Positions 32,459 through 45,496 of a stretch of 64,000 nt of DNA are shown in pieces. Source of the stretch: an uncultured Gammaproteobacteria bacterium (GTDB lineage: Bacteria > Pseudomonadota > Gammaproteobacteria > CAWJPQ01). The notes below the pieces were generated by a model. It did no database searches, was not told where the DNA came from, and worked only from the letters and a program-made list of their open reading frames with translations. How positions within the stretch are numbered: the stretch's first letter is position 1; the number at the start of each line of letters is the position of its first letter. Both the position numbers and the translations under genes were made by a program. The DNA lies in the NCBI GenBank assembly GCA_963844825.1, contig CAWJPQ010000003.1, positions 10,088 through 74,087 of the forward strand, read 5' to 3'.

Positions 32459-32513
32459 TACATGAGGGTTTCGCGGTTTTTGAGTATCCATGGCCAAGAC
32501 CCTATGCCTCAAG

Positions 32514-32601
32514 TGGCGGAGAGGGAGGGATTCGAACCCCCGGACGGTTGCCCGTCAACGGTTTTCAAGACCGCCGCTTTCGACCACTCAGCCACCTCTC
32601 C
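32514..32601 (-). tRNA. tRNA-Ser (anticodon TGA)
   Basis: GGAGAGG acceptor stem, anticodon loop CTTGAAA, long variable arm, GGTTCGAATCC, encoded CCA. Confidence 0.97.
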
Positions 32602-32660
32602 GGATCAGGTACTTGGGTAGGGGTCCCGCGAACGTAACAGCATAGCGAACGGGGCTATTT

Positions 32661-32688
32661 TTGACTAGGGGTAGGAAAAAGTTAGAAT
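32661..32688 (+). promoter_or_regulatory. Candidate sigma70 promoter for yccA
   Basis: TTGACT-N16-TAGAAT. Confidence 0.45.
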
Positions 32689-32785
32689 TATTGCTAATAG
32701 AAGATTAAACTTTCGGCCAAGATTCAGGTCTTTTTGATACACGACGCTAGTTATTTCACGGCGTAAAGAAGGAGGTTCTCCGAAT

Positions 32786-33453
32786 ATGTACTCAAACGAA
32801 CGTGTCGTCTCCCGTCCAGCGGTTCGGTTATAGCCACTAACAAGCTGATTCGCAATACTTATACCCTGCTGGCCCTGACGCTGTTGTTCAGCGCCGTGAC
32901 CGCGGGCGCTGTCCATGAAGTACAACCTGCCCTATCCGGGCTTTCTCCTGACCCTGGTGGGGTACTTCGGTCTGCTGTTTTTGACCTATCGCCTGAAGAA
33001 CAGCGCCTGGGGGCTGGCCGCCATCTTCGCCCTCACCGGCTTCATGGGCTTTACCCTGGGGCCGATCCTCAACCTCTATCTGCACATGCCCAACGGCGCC
33101 CAGACGGTGATGATGGCCCTGGGCGGCACGGGCACATGTTCCTGGGCCTGTCCGCCTACGCCCTGACCACCCGCAAGGACTTCAGCTTCATGGGCGGCTT
33201 TCTCATGGTCGGCATGCTGGTGGCCTTCCTGGGCATGCTCGCCGCGTGGCTGTTCACCATGCCCATGATGTCCCTGGCGGTGTCGGGCATGTTCATCCTG
33301 GTGATGGGCGGGTTCATCCTCTACCAGACCAGCGCCATGATTCATGGGGGCGAGACCAACTACATCATCGCCACCGTGGGCCTGTACGTCAGCATCTACA
33401 ACCTGTTCCTCAGCCTGCTGCAGATCATCGCGGCGTTCAACGGCGACGACTGA
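32786..33453 (+). CDS. yccA: Bax inhibitor-1/YccA family protein, multiple frameshifts
   Basis: AAGGAGG RBS; NKLIRNTY, ALTGFMGFTLGPILN, TTRKDFSFMGG, GETNYI in successive frames; divergent from tRNA-Ser. Confidence 0.85.
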
Positions 33454-33565
33454 CGGGTGTCGCGAGCGGCGGGGGTTGGTTCCGCCGCTCGCCTTTTCCC
33501 TTCCCTGCGTTTCTCCCGACTGATCTGGAACCAAGCCCGATTAGGGGTTGAAGTGATCTATTGAT

Positions 33566-33652
33566 CCCCTCACCCTTTCCCTCTCCCTGAGGGAGAGGGA
33601 ATAACGAACTCCCCCTCACCCCAACCCTCTCCCCCTTCGGGGGAGAGGGGGC
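33566..33652. repeat. Two REP-like palindromes
   Basis: CCCCTCACCC..CCCTCTCCC..GGGAGAGGG twice between convergent yccA and cysG. Confidence 0.8.
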
Positions 33653-33669
33653 ATTGTGGAAAGACATGC

Positions 33670-35076
33670 TTACTTCGAGGGTTCGGTCTTGAACCAGGCC
33701 AGCTTGTCGTGGAGGCGCACCACGTCGCCGATGATGACCAGGGTCGGGGCGTGGATCTCGGTATTACGGACCCGTTCGGGCAGGGTCTCGACGGTGCCGA
33801 TGAGCACCCGCTGGGACGGCAGGGTGCCCTGCTCCACCAGGGCCGCGGGGGTGTCCGGCGCCAGGCCGTGCTCGATGAGCCCCCGGCACACAGGCTCCAG
33901 GCCCAGCAGGCCCATGTAGACCACCACCGTCTGGCGGGGCTGGATCAGGGCCGGCCAGTTGAGCTCCTGGGGGACGCCGTCCTTGGTGTGGCCGGTGACG
34001 AACACCACCGACTGGGCGTAGTCCCGATGGGTCAGGGGGATGCCCGCGTAGCTGGCGCAGCCCGAGGCGGCGGTGATGCCGGGCACCACCTGAAAGGGGA
34101 TGCCCTCGTCGGCCAGGGTCTGGATCTCCTCGCCGCCGCGGCCGAAGATGAACGGGTCCCCGCCCTTGAGGCGCAGGACGCGCTTGTTCTCCTTGGCCAG
34201 GCGCGCCATGGTCTGGTTGATCTCCTCCTGGCGGACCGCGTGGTACGCACGCTTCTTGCCCACGTAGAGGCGCTCGGCCTCGCGCCGCACCAGGTCGAGA
34301 ATCCGCGGGTCCACCAGGCGGTCATAGAGCACCACATCGGCCTGCTGCATGAGGCGCAGGGCGCGAAAGGTCAGCAGGTCCGGGTCCCCCGGCCCGGCCC
34401 CCACCAGGTAGACCTCGCCGGTCCCCGGCACCACAGACCCGGCCTCATCCAGGGCCTGCTGCATGCGCTCATAGGCCTCGCCCTCGCGCCCGGCGAAGAC
34501 CAGCTCGGCGGGCGGGCCCTGCAGGACGTTCTCCCAGAAGCGGCGCCGCGCCAAGGGGTCGGACAGGCGCCTTTTGACCTCCCCGCGCAGCCTGCCCGCC
34601 AGCCCCGCCAGGCGCCCGTAGGCGGCGGGGACCAGGGTCTCCAGGCGCGCGCGCAGCAGCCGTGCCAGCACCGGGGAGGCCCCGCCGCTGGACACGGCGA
34701 TCACCAGGGGGGAGCGGTCCACCACCGAGGGCAGCACAAAGTCGCACAGCTCGGGCCGGTCGGCCACGTTCACCGGGACGCCCGCCGCGCGGGCGGCGCC
34801 GGAGACGGCGCGATTGACCTCGGCGTCATCGGTGGCGACCAGCACCAGGCGGTAGTCGGTCAGGGCGTCACGCCGGGCGGCGTAATCCCGCGCCAGGTGC
34901 TCGATGTCGCCCGCCTGGGACAGGTCTTGCAGACCCGGCGCCAGGTCCGGGGCGATTACCGTCACGCGGGCGCCGGCGCGCAGCAGCAGGGAGACCTTGC
35001 GCGCGGCCACCTCGCCGCCGCCCACTACCAGGCAGGGGCGGTCTCGGATGTTCAGGAAGACGGGCAGGAATTCCAT
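33670..35076 (-). CDS. cysG: Siroheme synthase
   Basis: [39 protein letters not shown]. Confidence 0.97.
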   Translation of the reverse strand: MEFLPVFLNIRDRPCLVVGGGEVAARKVSLLLRAGARVTVIAPDLAPGLQDLSQAGDIEHLARDYAARRDALTDYRLVLVATDDAEVNRAVSGAARAAGVPVNVADRPELCDFVLPSVVDRSPLVIAVSSGGASPVLARLLRARLETLVPAAYGRLAGLAGRLRGEVKRRLSDPLARRRFWENVLQGPPAELVFAGREGEAYERMQQALDEAGSVVPGTGEVYLVGAGPGDPDLLTFRALRLMQQADVVLYDRLVDPRILDLVRREAERLYVGKKRAYHAVRQEEINQTMARLAKENKRVLRLKGGDPFIFGRGGEEIQTLADEGIPFQVVPGITAASGCASYAGIPLTHRDYAQSVVFVTGHTKDGVPQELNWPALIQPRQTVVVYMGLLGLEPVCRGLIEHGLAPDTPAALVEQGTLPSQRVLIGTVETLPERVRNTEIHAPTLVIIGDVVRLHDKLAWFKTEPSK

Positions 35077-35137
35077 GGGTCGGGCGGGTTCAGGGTCAGG
35101 TGACAGATGTCGAAACGGAGTTGAAAAATACCTTTTG

Positions 35138-35178
35138 TCCCCTCACCCCAACCCTCTCCCCCTGTGGGGGAGAGGGAG
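35138..35178. repeat. REP-like palindrome
   Basis: CCCCTCACCCCAACCCTCTCCCCCTGTGGGGGAGAGGG. Confidence 0.8.
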
Positions 35179-35215
35179 TGTTTGAAGGCCTGTTCAGGGT
35201 AGTCGCGCGCGCCGT

Positions 35216-36499
<1,284 letters not shown>

Positions 36500-36808
36500 T
36501 CAGTCGACGATGATCTGGGCCGGCCAGCGCACCATGTGCCCCGAGGGGATGAATGTGCTCAGGTGCTCCAATACCGTCTCCACCTTGGCGGGCTCATCGA
36601 AGAACTCCACGACGACGGGCAGGTCCAGGGACAGATCCACCAGGCTCCCCGAGTGCATCACCCCCGAGGCCCCGTACCCCGCGGTCCCGCGAAAGACGGT
36701 GAGGCCCTTGAGCTTTTCCCAGTCGTGCAGACGCTTGACCAGGGTCTCGAGCTGGCCGTTGCCCTCGGTGAGGTACACGCGCACCATGACCACCTCGGCC
36801 GTCTTCAT
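36500..36808 (-). CDS. DUF190 family PII-like protein
   Basis: GLTVFRGTAGYG, LSLDLPVVVEFFD; ATG overlaps crcB stop. Confidence 0.85.
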   Translation of the reverse strand: MKTAEVVMVRVYLTEGNGQLETLVKRLHDWEKLKGLTVFRGTAGYGASGVMHSGSLVDLSLDLPVVVEFFDEPAKVETVLEHLSTFIPSGHMVRWPAQIIVD

Positions 36809-37197
36809 AGCTGACGCCCCATGACGATGCCTGCCCACCCCCCGGCCAGGCACAGCAGCACGCTGACAAAGACATTTGTCAGGGCCTTGATTTGATCGCC
36901 TTGCTCGAACAAGGTCAATGTCTCCAGAGAAAAGGTGGAAAAAGTGGTAAACGACCCCAGGAACCCGATCATCAACACCGCCCGCCACTCGACGCCCAGG
37001 CTCAGCCGTTCGGTCAATATGACATAGAGCAGGCCCATCAACAAAGAGCCCAGCACATTGACGGTCAGGGTCCCGTAGGGGAAGCCCTGCCCCAGCCAGC
37101 CGTAGACCCTCACCGAGAGCCAGTACCGCATGATCGCCCCCGCCGCGCCGCCGGCGCCGACCGCCAATAAGATACCCGACCTGAACGGAGATGCCAT
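36805..37197 (-). CDS. crcB: Fluoride efflux channel CrcB/FluC
   Basis: GGAAGAIMRY, FPYGTLTVN, GFLGSFTTFSTF. Confidence 0.95.
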   Translation of the reverse strand: MASPFRSGILLAVGAGGAAGAIMRYWLSVRVYGWLGQGFPYGTLTVNVLGSLLMGLLYVILTERLSLGVEWRAVLMIGFLGSFTTFSTFSLETLTLFEQGDQIKALTNVFVSVLLCLAGGWAGIVMGRQL

Positions 37198-37253
37198 AGG
37201 CTCCCTTTCTCGTTATTGTCTCACATTCGGTTGCACGCCGAAATTTGCGCGGC

Positions 37254-38598
37254 CTATTCCCGTGGCTTGTCCGCCTGCTCGTCCAGTTGGCGAAGACGGG
37301 CCAGCTTCTCGGCGATCTTCTCCTCCAGGCCGCGGGGCACCGGCCGGTAGTACTGGCGCGGCGCCATCCCCTCGGGAAAATACTGCTCGCCCGCCGCATA
37401 GCCGCCGGGCTCGTCATGGGCGTAACGATAGCCCTTGCCGTGCCCCAGCTTCTTCATCAATGAGGTGGGGGCGTTGCGCAGGTGCGCGGGCACCTCCAGG
37501 GACCCGTGACGGCGGGCATCACTCATGGCGGCATCGAAGGCGGCGTACACGGCGTTGCTCTTGGCGGCGCTGGCCAGGTAGACCACCGCCTGGGCCAGGG
37601 CCAGCTCCCCCTCGGGGCTGCCCAGGCGCTCCTGGACGTCCCAGGCCTGCAGCGCCAGGGTCAGGGCCCGGGGATCGGCGTTGCCGATGTCCTCGCTGGC
37701 CATGCGCGTGACCCGCCGGGCCAGGTACACCGGGTCGCAGCCGCCGTCCAGCATGCGCGCCAGCCAGTACAGGGCGGCATCCGGCGCCGAGCCGCGCACC
37801 GACTTGTGCAGGGCGGAGATCTGGTCGTAAAAGGCGTCGCCGTACTTGTCGAACCGGCGCACGCCGCCGCTCAGCACCTCGTCGATCATGGCCTCCTCGA
37901 TCACCTCGCCACCCTCCCCCGCGGCGGCCAGCTCCACGGTGACCTCCAGCAGATTGAGGGCGCGGCGCGCGTCCCGGTCGGCGGCCTGGGCGAGGCGGTC
38001 CCGCAACTCCTCGGGGAACACGATGGCGCGCTCGCCTAGGCCCCCTTCGGCATCGCCCAGGGCGCGGTCGATCACCCGGCGTATGTGCCCTGTCTCCAGG
38101 CCCTTCAGGACGTAGACCCGCAGCCGTGACAGCAGGGCGTTGTTGATCTCGAAAGAGGGGTTCTCGGTAGTGGCCCCGATGAAGATGAAGCTGCCGTCCT
38201 CCACGTAAGGCAGCAGGGCATCCTGCTGGGCCTTGTTGAAGCGGTGCACCTCGTCGACGAACAGGATGGTGCGCCGGCCATGCTGCTCCAGATCCCCCCG
38301 CGCCCGGGCGACGGCATTGCGTATCTCGGCGACCCCGGCGCCCACGGCCGACAGGCTGATGTAGCCGGCCTCGGCCGAGGCGGCGATGAGCCGCGCCAGG
38401 GTGGTCTTGCCCGTGCCGGGCGGCCCCCACAGGGCCATGGAGTGCAGCCTGCCGTGCTCGATGGCCACGCCGCAGGGGCTTGCCGGGGCCGATCAGGTGG
38501 TCCTGGCCGACGAAATCGTCCAGGGTGCGCGGGCGCATGCGCTCGGCCAGGGGCTGGAAGCGCGCATCCGTGTGATAGGGCTCGGTGACGCGACTCAC
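37254..38598 (-). CDS. rarA: Replication-associated recombination protein A, frameshift near 38470
   Basis: PLAERMRP in one frame; WGPPGTGKTT, DEVHRFNK, SEDIGNADP in the next. Confidence 0.93.
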
Positions 38599-38606
38599 GG
38601 GACTGT

Positions 38607-39266
38607 TTATTCCTTGATGACGTCCACGCCGGGCGGCGGCTCAAACCGGAACACCTGGGGATCGACGGACGGATTGAGCGCCAGGTGATCGAAGCTCAGC
38701 TGGGTCACCTGGTCGAAGTTGTCGGTCAACTCCATCATGCGCGGCCCCTTGTCATCGAAGGCCAGGCGCAGCTGCTTAAAGCTACTCGCTTTGGTCTTGG
38801 GCAGCAACTCCACCCACGCCAGGCCCTCTTTGGTGCCCAGATCCTTGATCCGGAAGGTGTCCTTGAGGGAGGCGTCGCTGCTCAGCAGCAGTGCGGGCGT
38901 ATCCTTGAGCAGGGTCGCCAGGGGTTTGACCGTCACCTGGGACAGATCGGCATCGTAAACCCACAGGGTCTTGCCGTCGGCCACGATCAGTTGGTGATAG
39001 GGCTTGGCGTAATCCCAGCGAAAGTGGCCCGGGCGCTGAATGACCACCTGCCCCGACGCATTTTGCACCAGCTCCGACTGGGCGTTGTACACCTGCTGCT
39101 CGAAGTGGGCCCGCAGGGTGTGCACGTCCTTGAAGAAGCGCTCCAGGCGCGCCGTGCCGTCAGCGCCCGACTGCCCCCAGGACGGCGCAATCAGGCATAG
39201 AGACACAAGCAGTAGCGCGAGTTGAAGGTATCTTTTCAATGAATTGTTCAGGCTGCCGGGACTCAC
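38607..39266 (-). CDS. lolA: Outer-membrane lipoprotein carrier LolA
   Basis: [30 protein letters not shown]; between ftsK and rarA. Confidence 0.95.
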   Translation of the reverse strand: MSPGSLNNSLKRYLQLALLLVSLCLIAPSWGQSGADGTARLERFFKDVHTLRAHFEQQVYNAQSELVQNASGQVVIQRPGHFRWDYAKPYHQLIVADGKTLWVYDADLSQVTVKPLATLLKDTPALLLSSDASLKDTFRIKDLGTKEGLAWVELLPKTKASSFKQLRLAFDDKGPRMMELTDNFDQVTQLSFDHLALNPSVDPQVFRFEPPPGVDVIKE

Positions 39267-41588
39267 TCCTGGTCGGCCGGCGCAGGCAGGTTGATCTCTC
39301 GCATGCCGTTGGACTGCATCGGTCCCACGATCCCGGCGCGCTCCATCTCCTCGATGAGCCGCGCGGCCCGATTATAACCGATCTTCAGGCGCCGCTGGAC
39401 CCCGGACACCGAGGCGCGCCGGGTCTCCTGCACCACCCGCACCGCGTCCTTGTACAAGGGATCGGCCTCCTCGTCCGCGCTGCCGTCGGTCATGCCGGGC
39501 ACGCCCGCCCCGTCGCCGCCGGCGCCCTCCTGGATGACCTCCTCCAGGTACTGGGCCTCGCCGCTGCCCTTGAGGCTGTCCACCACCTTGTGCACCTCGT
39601 GATCGGCCACGAAGGCGCCGTGGACCCGCTGGGGAATCCCCGTGCCGGGGGCCAGGTAGAGCATATCGCCGTGGCCCAGCAGTTGCTCGGCCCCCATCTG
39701 ATCGAGGATCACCCGCGAATCGATCTTGGTGGACACCTGGAAGGCGATACGCGTGGGGATGTTGGACTTGATGAGCCCGGTGATGACGTCCACCGAGGGG
39801 CGTTGGGTGGCCAGGATCAGGTGGATGCCCGAGGCCCGGGCCTTCTGGGCCAGGCGCGCGATGAGCTCCTCCACCTTCTTGCCCACCATCATCATCATGT
39901 CGGCGAGCTCGTCGATGAGCACCACGATATAGGGCAGCGGCTCCAGGGTGGGGATCTCCCCGGGGTCTTCCCCTTCCTGGGGCTTGAAGCGCGGGTCGGC
40001 GATGGGCTTGCCCTTCTCGATGGCCTCCTTGACCTTGCGGTTGTAGGAGCTGAGGTGGCGCACCCCCAGGGCCGCCATCAGGGTATAGCGCTTTTCCATC
40101 TCGGCAACGCACCAGCGCAGGGCGTTGGCGGCCTCCTTCATGTCCGTGACCACCGGGGCCAGCAGGTGGGGGATGCCCTCGTAGACGGACAGCTCGAGCA
40201 TCTTGGGGTCGATCATGATCAGGCGCACGTCCTCGGGCGAGGCGCTGTAGAGCAGGCTCAGGACCATGGCGTTGATGGCCACGGACTTGCCCGAGCCGGT
40301 GGTCCCCGCCACCAGCAGGTGGGGCATGGACGCCCAGGTCCACCACCATGGGCCGGCCGTTGATGTCCTTGCCCAGGCCCAGGGTCAAGGGGGAGGCGGA
40401 CTCGCCATAGGCCTTGGAGTTGAGGATATCGCTCAGGCGCACGGTCTCCCGGTGCTCGTTGGGGATCTCCAGCCCGACCACCGACTTGCCCGGGATCACC
40501 TCCACCACCCGCACGCTGATGACCGACAGGGCGCGGGCCAGGTCCTTGGTCAGGTTCGAGATCTGGCTGACCTTGACCCCCGGCGCGGGTTGGATCTCGT
40601 AGCGGGTGATGACCGGACCGGGGTGCACAGCGGTCACCTGGGCCTCGATGCCGAAGTCCTTGAGCTTGAGCTCCACCTGGCGGGCCATGGCCTCCAGGGA
40701 CTCCTCCGAGGGCGCCGTCTTGGAGGGCGCCGCCTTGTCCAGCAGGGACAGGGAAGGCAGCTCGGCGGCCTCGGCCTTGGGTGACTTGAACAAGGGGATC
40801 TGCTGCTCGCGCTGGGCCCGCTCGCTGAGCTCGAGCTTTTTGATCACCGGCTCGATGCGCGGCGCGGGGCGCTCCTGGGCCTTGGCCTTGGTCTGCTTCT
40901 CGGCCACCTCCTTCTGCCGGGTGTGGCGCTGGCGCCAGCCCGCCAGGGCGTCGCGCCACTCGAGCAGGCGTTGGCGTACCCTGGAGATCAGATCCAGGGT
41001 GAGCGCGCCGGTGGTATCCATCAGGCGCAGCCACGACAGGCCCGTGGTCAAGGTAATGCCCGTGAGCAGCAGGGCCGTCAGGAACAACGTGGCGCCGGCA
41101 AAGCTGAAGGGCAGGATGAGCTTGGCGCTGATGACGTTGCCGAGAATGCCGCCCGCATCCACGGGCATCATGCCCATGGGGTCCACCACGTGCATGGAGG
41201 ACAGACCGGTCCCGCCGATGAACACCAGGATCATGCCCAGGGCCACGATCCCCATGTGGCGCATGCCCGGCTTGTCCGCCGCCGGCCGGGGCCGGTAGAG
41301 CATCCAGCCGCCGTAGCCCACCATCACCGGGATCAGGAAGGCGAGGAAACCGAACAGGTGATAGAAGATATCCGCAAACCAGGCGCCCACCAGGCCCCCG
41401 GCGTTGTGCACCTTCTCGACGCTGTCGGCGTGGGACCAGCCCGGGTCGGAGGCGTCGTAACTGACCAGGGAGATCAGCAGGTACAGGGTCAGCGCGCCGA
41501 AGACGAACAGGGCCGCCTCGCGCAACCCCCGTTGCATGTGGGCGGTCAGCGGCGGTGTCTCCCTGCGGCGTCGCGTTGCCTGAGCCAA
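39263..41588 (-). CDS. ftsK: DNA translocase FtsK, frameshift near 40330
   Basis: N-terminal TM domain; PGPVITRYE; [15 protein letters not shown]; [10 protein letters not shown]; gamma domain IGYNRAARL. Confidence 0.95.
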
Positions 41589-41648
41589 AACCTAATCCTC
41601 TATCACAGCTTTTTTCCCTAAGATCCTAATTGTACATATTTTCAGGAA

Positions 41649-42716
41649 CTATGATAGCCCTGACTTCAAGGCCGGGTGGACCACCCGCCCGCCCCGGACG
41701 TTGAGCCCCACCGCCAGGGCGGGGTGATCCTCCCACCCCTGGTCGCTGAGCACCAGCAGATACGGCAGCACCGCGGCGGAAAGGGCCTCGGAGGCGCTGT
41801 GGGGCACAGCGCCCGGCATGTTGGTCACGGCAAAGTGCACCACCCCCTCCCACACGTAGGTGGGCTGATCGTAGGTGGTGGGCCGGGTGGTCTCGATGCA
41901 GCCGCCCTGGTCCACCGAGATGTCCACCACCACGCTGCCCCGCTCCATGGCGCCCACGGTCGCGGCGTCCACCACGTGGGGGGCGCGGGCGCCGGGGATC
42001 AGTACCGCGCCGATCACCAGGTCGGCGCCGCGTACCGCCTCGCGCAGGGCCTCGCCAAAAGGGTAAAGCGCGGTGACATTGCTGCCCAGGGCGCGCATCT
42101 GGGCGAGCCGTTCGCGCTGGCGGTCGAACACCGTCACCCGGGCACCGAGCGCCGCCGCCACCACCGCGGCATTGCCGCCCGCCGCCCCGGCGCCGATGAT
42201 CACCACGTGCCCCCGGCGCGCGCCCGGCAGCCCCCCCAGCAGCAGCCCCTTGCCGCCCTGGGGCATGTGCAGCAGGTGCGTGCCCACCTGCACCGACAGG
42301 CGCCCGGCGATATCACTCATGGGGGCCAGCAGGGGCAGGCTCCCATCGCCCTCCTGGACGGTCTCGAAGGCGATGGCCGTCAGGCCGATATCGGTCAGCC
42401 GCGCCATGAGGGCCTCGTTGGCCGCCAGGTGCAGGTAGCAGAACAACAGGTGATCGTCGCGCAGCCAGGGCAGCTCCTCCTCGATGGGCTCCTTGACCTT
42501 GACGACGAGTTCGGCCTCCCCGTACAGGGCCGGGCCGTCCGGCACCACCCGGACCCCCAGGGCCTCGTAGGCCGGGTCATCGAAGCCGCTGAGCCGGCCG
42601 GCGCCGGACTCGATGAGGACCTGGTGACCGTGTTGAATCAAATCCGCACAGGCCGCGGGGATGAGCGCCACGCGCCCCTCCAGGGGTTTGCGTTCGCGGG
42701 GAATTCCGATGCGCAT
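41649..42716 (-). CDS. ald: Alanine dehydrogenase
   Basis: MRIGIPRE, EGRVAL, VKVKEP, PLLAPMS, VDQGGC, NMPGAVP. Confidence 0.93.
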   Translation of the reverse strand: MRIGIPRERKPLEGRVALIPAACADLIQHGHQVLIESGAGRLSGFDDPAYEALGVRVVPDGPALYGEAELVVKVKEPIEEELPWLRDDHLLFCYLHLAANEALMARLTDIGLTAIAFETVQEGDGSLPLLAPMSDIAGRLSVQVGTHLLHMPQGGKGLLLGGLPGARRGHVVIIGAGAAGGNAAVVAAALGARVTVFDRQRERLAQMRALGSNVTALYPFGEALREAVRGADLVIGAVLIPGARAPHVVDAATVGAMERGSVVVDISVDQGGCIETTRPTTYDQPTYVWEGVVHFAVTNMPGAVPHSASEALSAAVLPYLLVLSDQGWEDHPALAVGLNVRGGRVVHPALKSGLS

Positions 42717-42981
42717 GCGTCTCACACTCCTTCGTCTGACAGCTTTACTGTGCCGTGGGCCTGGGACAGGCTTCCAGCCTATTATGAATCAAAACAATAG
42801 ATAATTTCGCGGTCGATTTCCATCCATCCGACCCAGGCGCGGATGCCGCTGTCCACCGCGTGCACCCCGAGCAGGCATGTTGCGGATTTGGCCGTGGGCC
42901 TGTCATTCGGGGGGCCAATTCGCATATTATCGTGTACCTTCGTCGGCCATGGGTCGCGGCCCGGGGCGGCGCTTATACCCG

Positions 42982-43019
42982 CCCCTCACCCCAGCCCTCT
43001 CCCCATAGGGGAGAGGGAG
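42982..43019. repeat. REP-like palindrome
   Basis: CCCCTCACCCCAGCCCTCTCCCCATAGGGGAGAGGG. Confidence 0.8.
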
Positions 43020-43051
43020 AGAAGAAGACATCTATTTCGGAGCAGCCCTGA

Positions 43052-44017
<966 letters not shown>

Positions 44018-44081
44018 CGGCAATGGCATGTAATTTGCTGCGTTTCCGGTAAACCACGATCACCGGAACGGATGCAACACC

Positions 44082-44384
44082 ATGCTACATACCTCATCGG
44101 AGAAGAGGCGCTTTCCCCGCATCAAGGTCCACTGCGCCGCCACCTTTCGCGAGGAAGGCGGCGGCCGCACCCACGAGGGACTGTGCCTGGAGATCAGCGG
44201 CAACGGCATCCTGCTCCAGACGCCCGAGCCCTTGGCGCCGGGCACCCGCCTGGAGGTCAGCATACGCCCCCTGAACGACATCACGCCCCCGCTCGACGCG
44301 GTGGTGGAGGTGGTGCGCGCCGACCCCGGCGAGTCCGAGGCGCATTACCGAATCGCCACCGCCATCCAGCGGGTCTTGAATTAA
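44082..44384 (+). CDS. Single-domain PilZ protein
   Basis: EKRRFPR (RxxxR) and EISGNG (D/NxSxxG-like). Confidence 0.8.
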   Translation: MLHTSSEKRRFPRIKVHCAATFREEGGGRTHEGLCLEISGNGILLQTPEPLAPGTRLEVSIRPLNDITPPLDAVVEVVRADPGESEAHYRIATAIQRVLN

Positions 44385-44407
44385 GCGGGCCCGGAACAGA
44401 CCGTTTC

Positions 44408-44441
44408 CTTGTCCCTTCTCCCCCAAAGGGGAGAGGGACAA
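44408..44441. repeat. REP-like hairpin / possible terminator between convergent genes
   Basis: TTGTCCCTTCTCCCC-AAA-GGGGAGAGGGACAA. Confidence 0.65.
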
Positions 44442-44460
44442 AGACAAGACGGAACCGGTC

Positions 44461-45289
44461 TTATCTCACCACGGTGTCCAGGCCCAGGCGCATGGTGCGT
44501 TTCGAGAACACCCGGTCGTCCAGCCCCACGTTGACCCGTATGTCCGACAGATCGATGATGGTCTTGTCGTCGGTGTTGAGGTTGACCGCCTCGACCTTTT
44601 TCCACACCCAGGCCTTGCCGATCTTTCTCCAGTCGATCTGCTCGCGCTTCAGCACCTTGCCGCTGGACCCGTAATAGTCGATCCGCCGCAACAGGAACGT
44701 GTCACTGTCGATCCAGTTCAGGGTCTTGCTGTAGGGATACTCCTCGGTCTGTTTCTTGGGCACACTCTCGACCACGAAGTAACGCTTGCCGCCGGGCCGG
44801 ACGGTTCGCAGCAGGCGGTGATCGTCCGCCTGGGGCATGCGCGGCATGAGCTCCGGGTCCTGCAGGACGGAGCGCTTGGCGAACTCGTCCTTGTTGTGCT
44901 TTTCGCCCTCGTCGTGGGTATCGCCGACCTTGCGGATGCTGCGAAGCTGCGGCATATAAATCCATTCGTCGTTATCCTTGTGCAGATCGGGGCGGTACGA
45001 CCATATCATGTAGGATTCGCCGCGCTTGTCGGGCGGGAACTCCGTGGCGAAGATCACCTTGCGGGTAAACTTGCCGTGGTCATATCGCTTCCACGCCATC
45101 TTGTAGGCAAGCTTCCTCTCCTCCCCCCGGGGCGACGAAGTGGAACGTCAATGTCAGCACGGCATCGTCGCCGCCATAGACGTCGTGGGACTTCCTGACG
45201 ATCTGGTCGGCGGACAGCTCCGCCGCGGCCGCCGACCCCGCGAACAGGACCAGAAGCAGCAGAAGGGGGGCGAACTTGCGGTAGGTCAT
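44461..45289 (-). CDS. LolA-like outer-membrane lipoprotein-sorting protein, frameshift near 45115
   Basis: Signal peptide MTYRKFAPLLLL; WIYMPQLRSIRKV, ESVPK...YPYSK, IDYY, NVGLDDRVFS. Confidence 0.7.
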
Positions 45290-45496
45290 ACTTGACTCCC
45301 TGGTTGTGAATGGTTGCGGCTGCACCGACCGGGGGCCGGCCATGTCCAATAGCAGAGGCGCTCAACGGCGGCCCGGGCCCTATTGTACTAGCCTCGTGCA
45401 ATGGGTGGGCAAGCTTGTTAACCTGTTAATTATATTGCTCAATTATTAATCGCCCGGGCCATCCTCCCGTCTCCCTGTTGCTTTATAATATCGGCT

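Noticed and set aside
32514-32601. Selenocysteine tRNA
   Set aside because: Anticodon is TGA (reads UCA, Ser), not TCA; acceptor stem is the normal 7 bp
37170-37253. Fluoride riboswitch upstream of crcB
   Set aside because: GGAG..ATGGCATCTCC overlaps the start codon and lacks the downstream CTGATG..CCTAC pseudoknot elements
42775-42825. OxyR/LysR-type site between ald and trxB
   Set aside because: AT-rich with ATAG and CTAT words, but the spacing does not match the consensus
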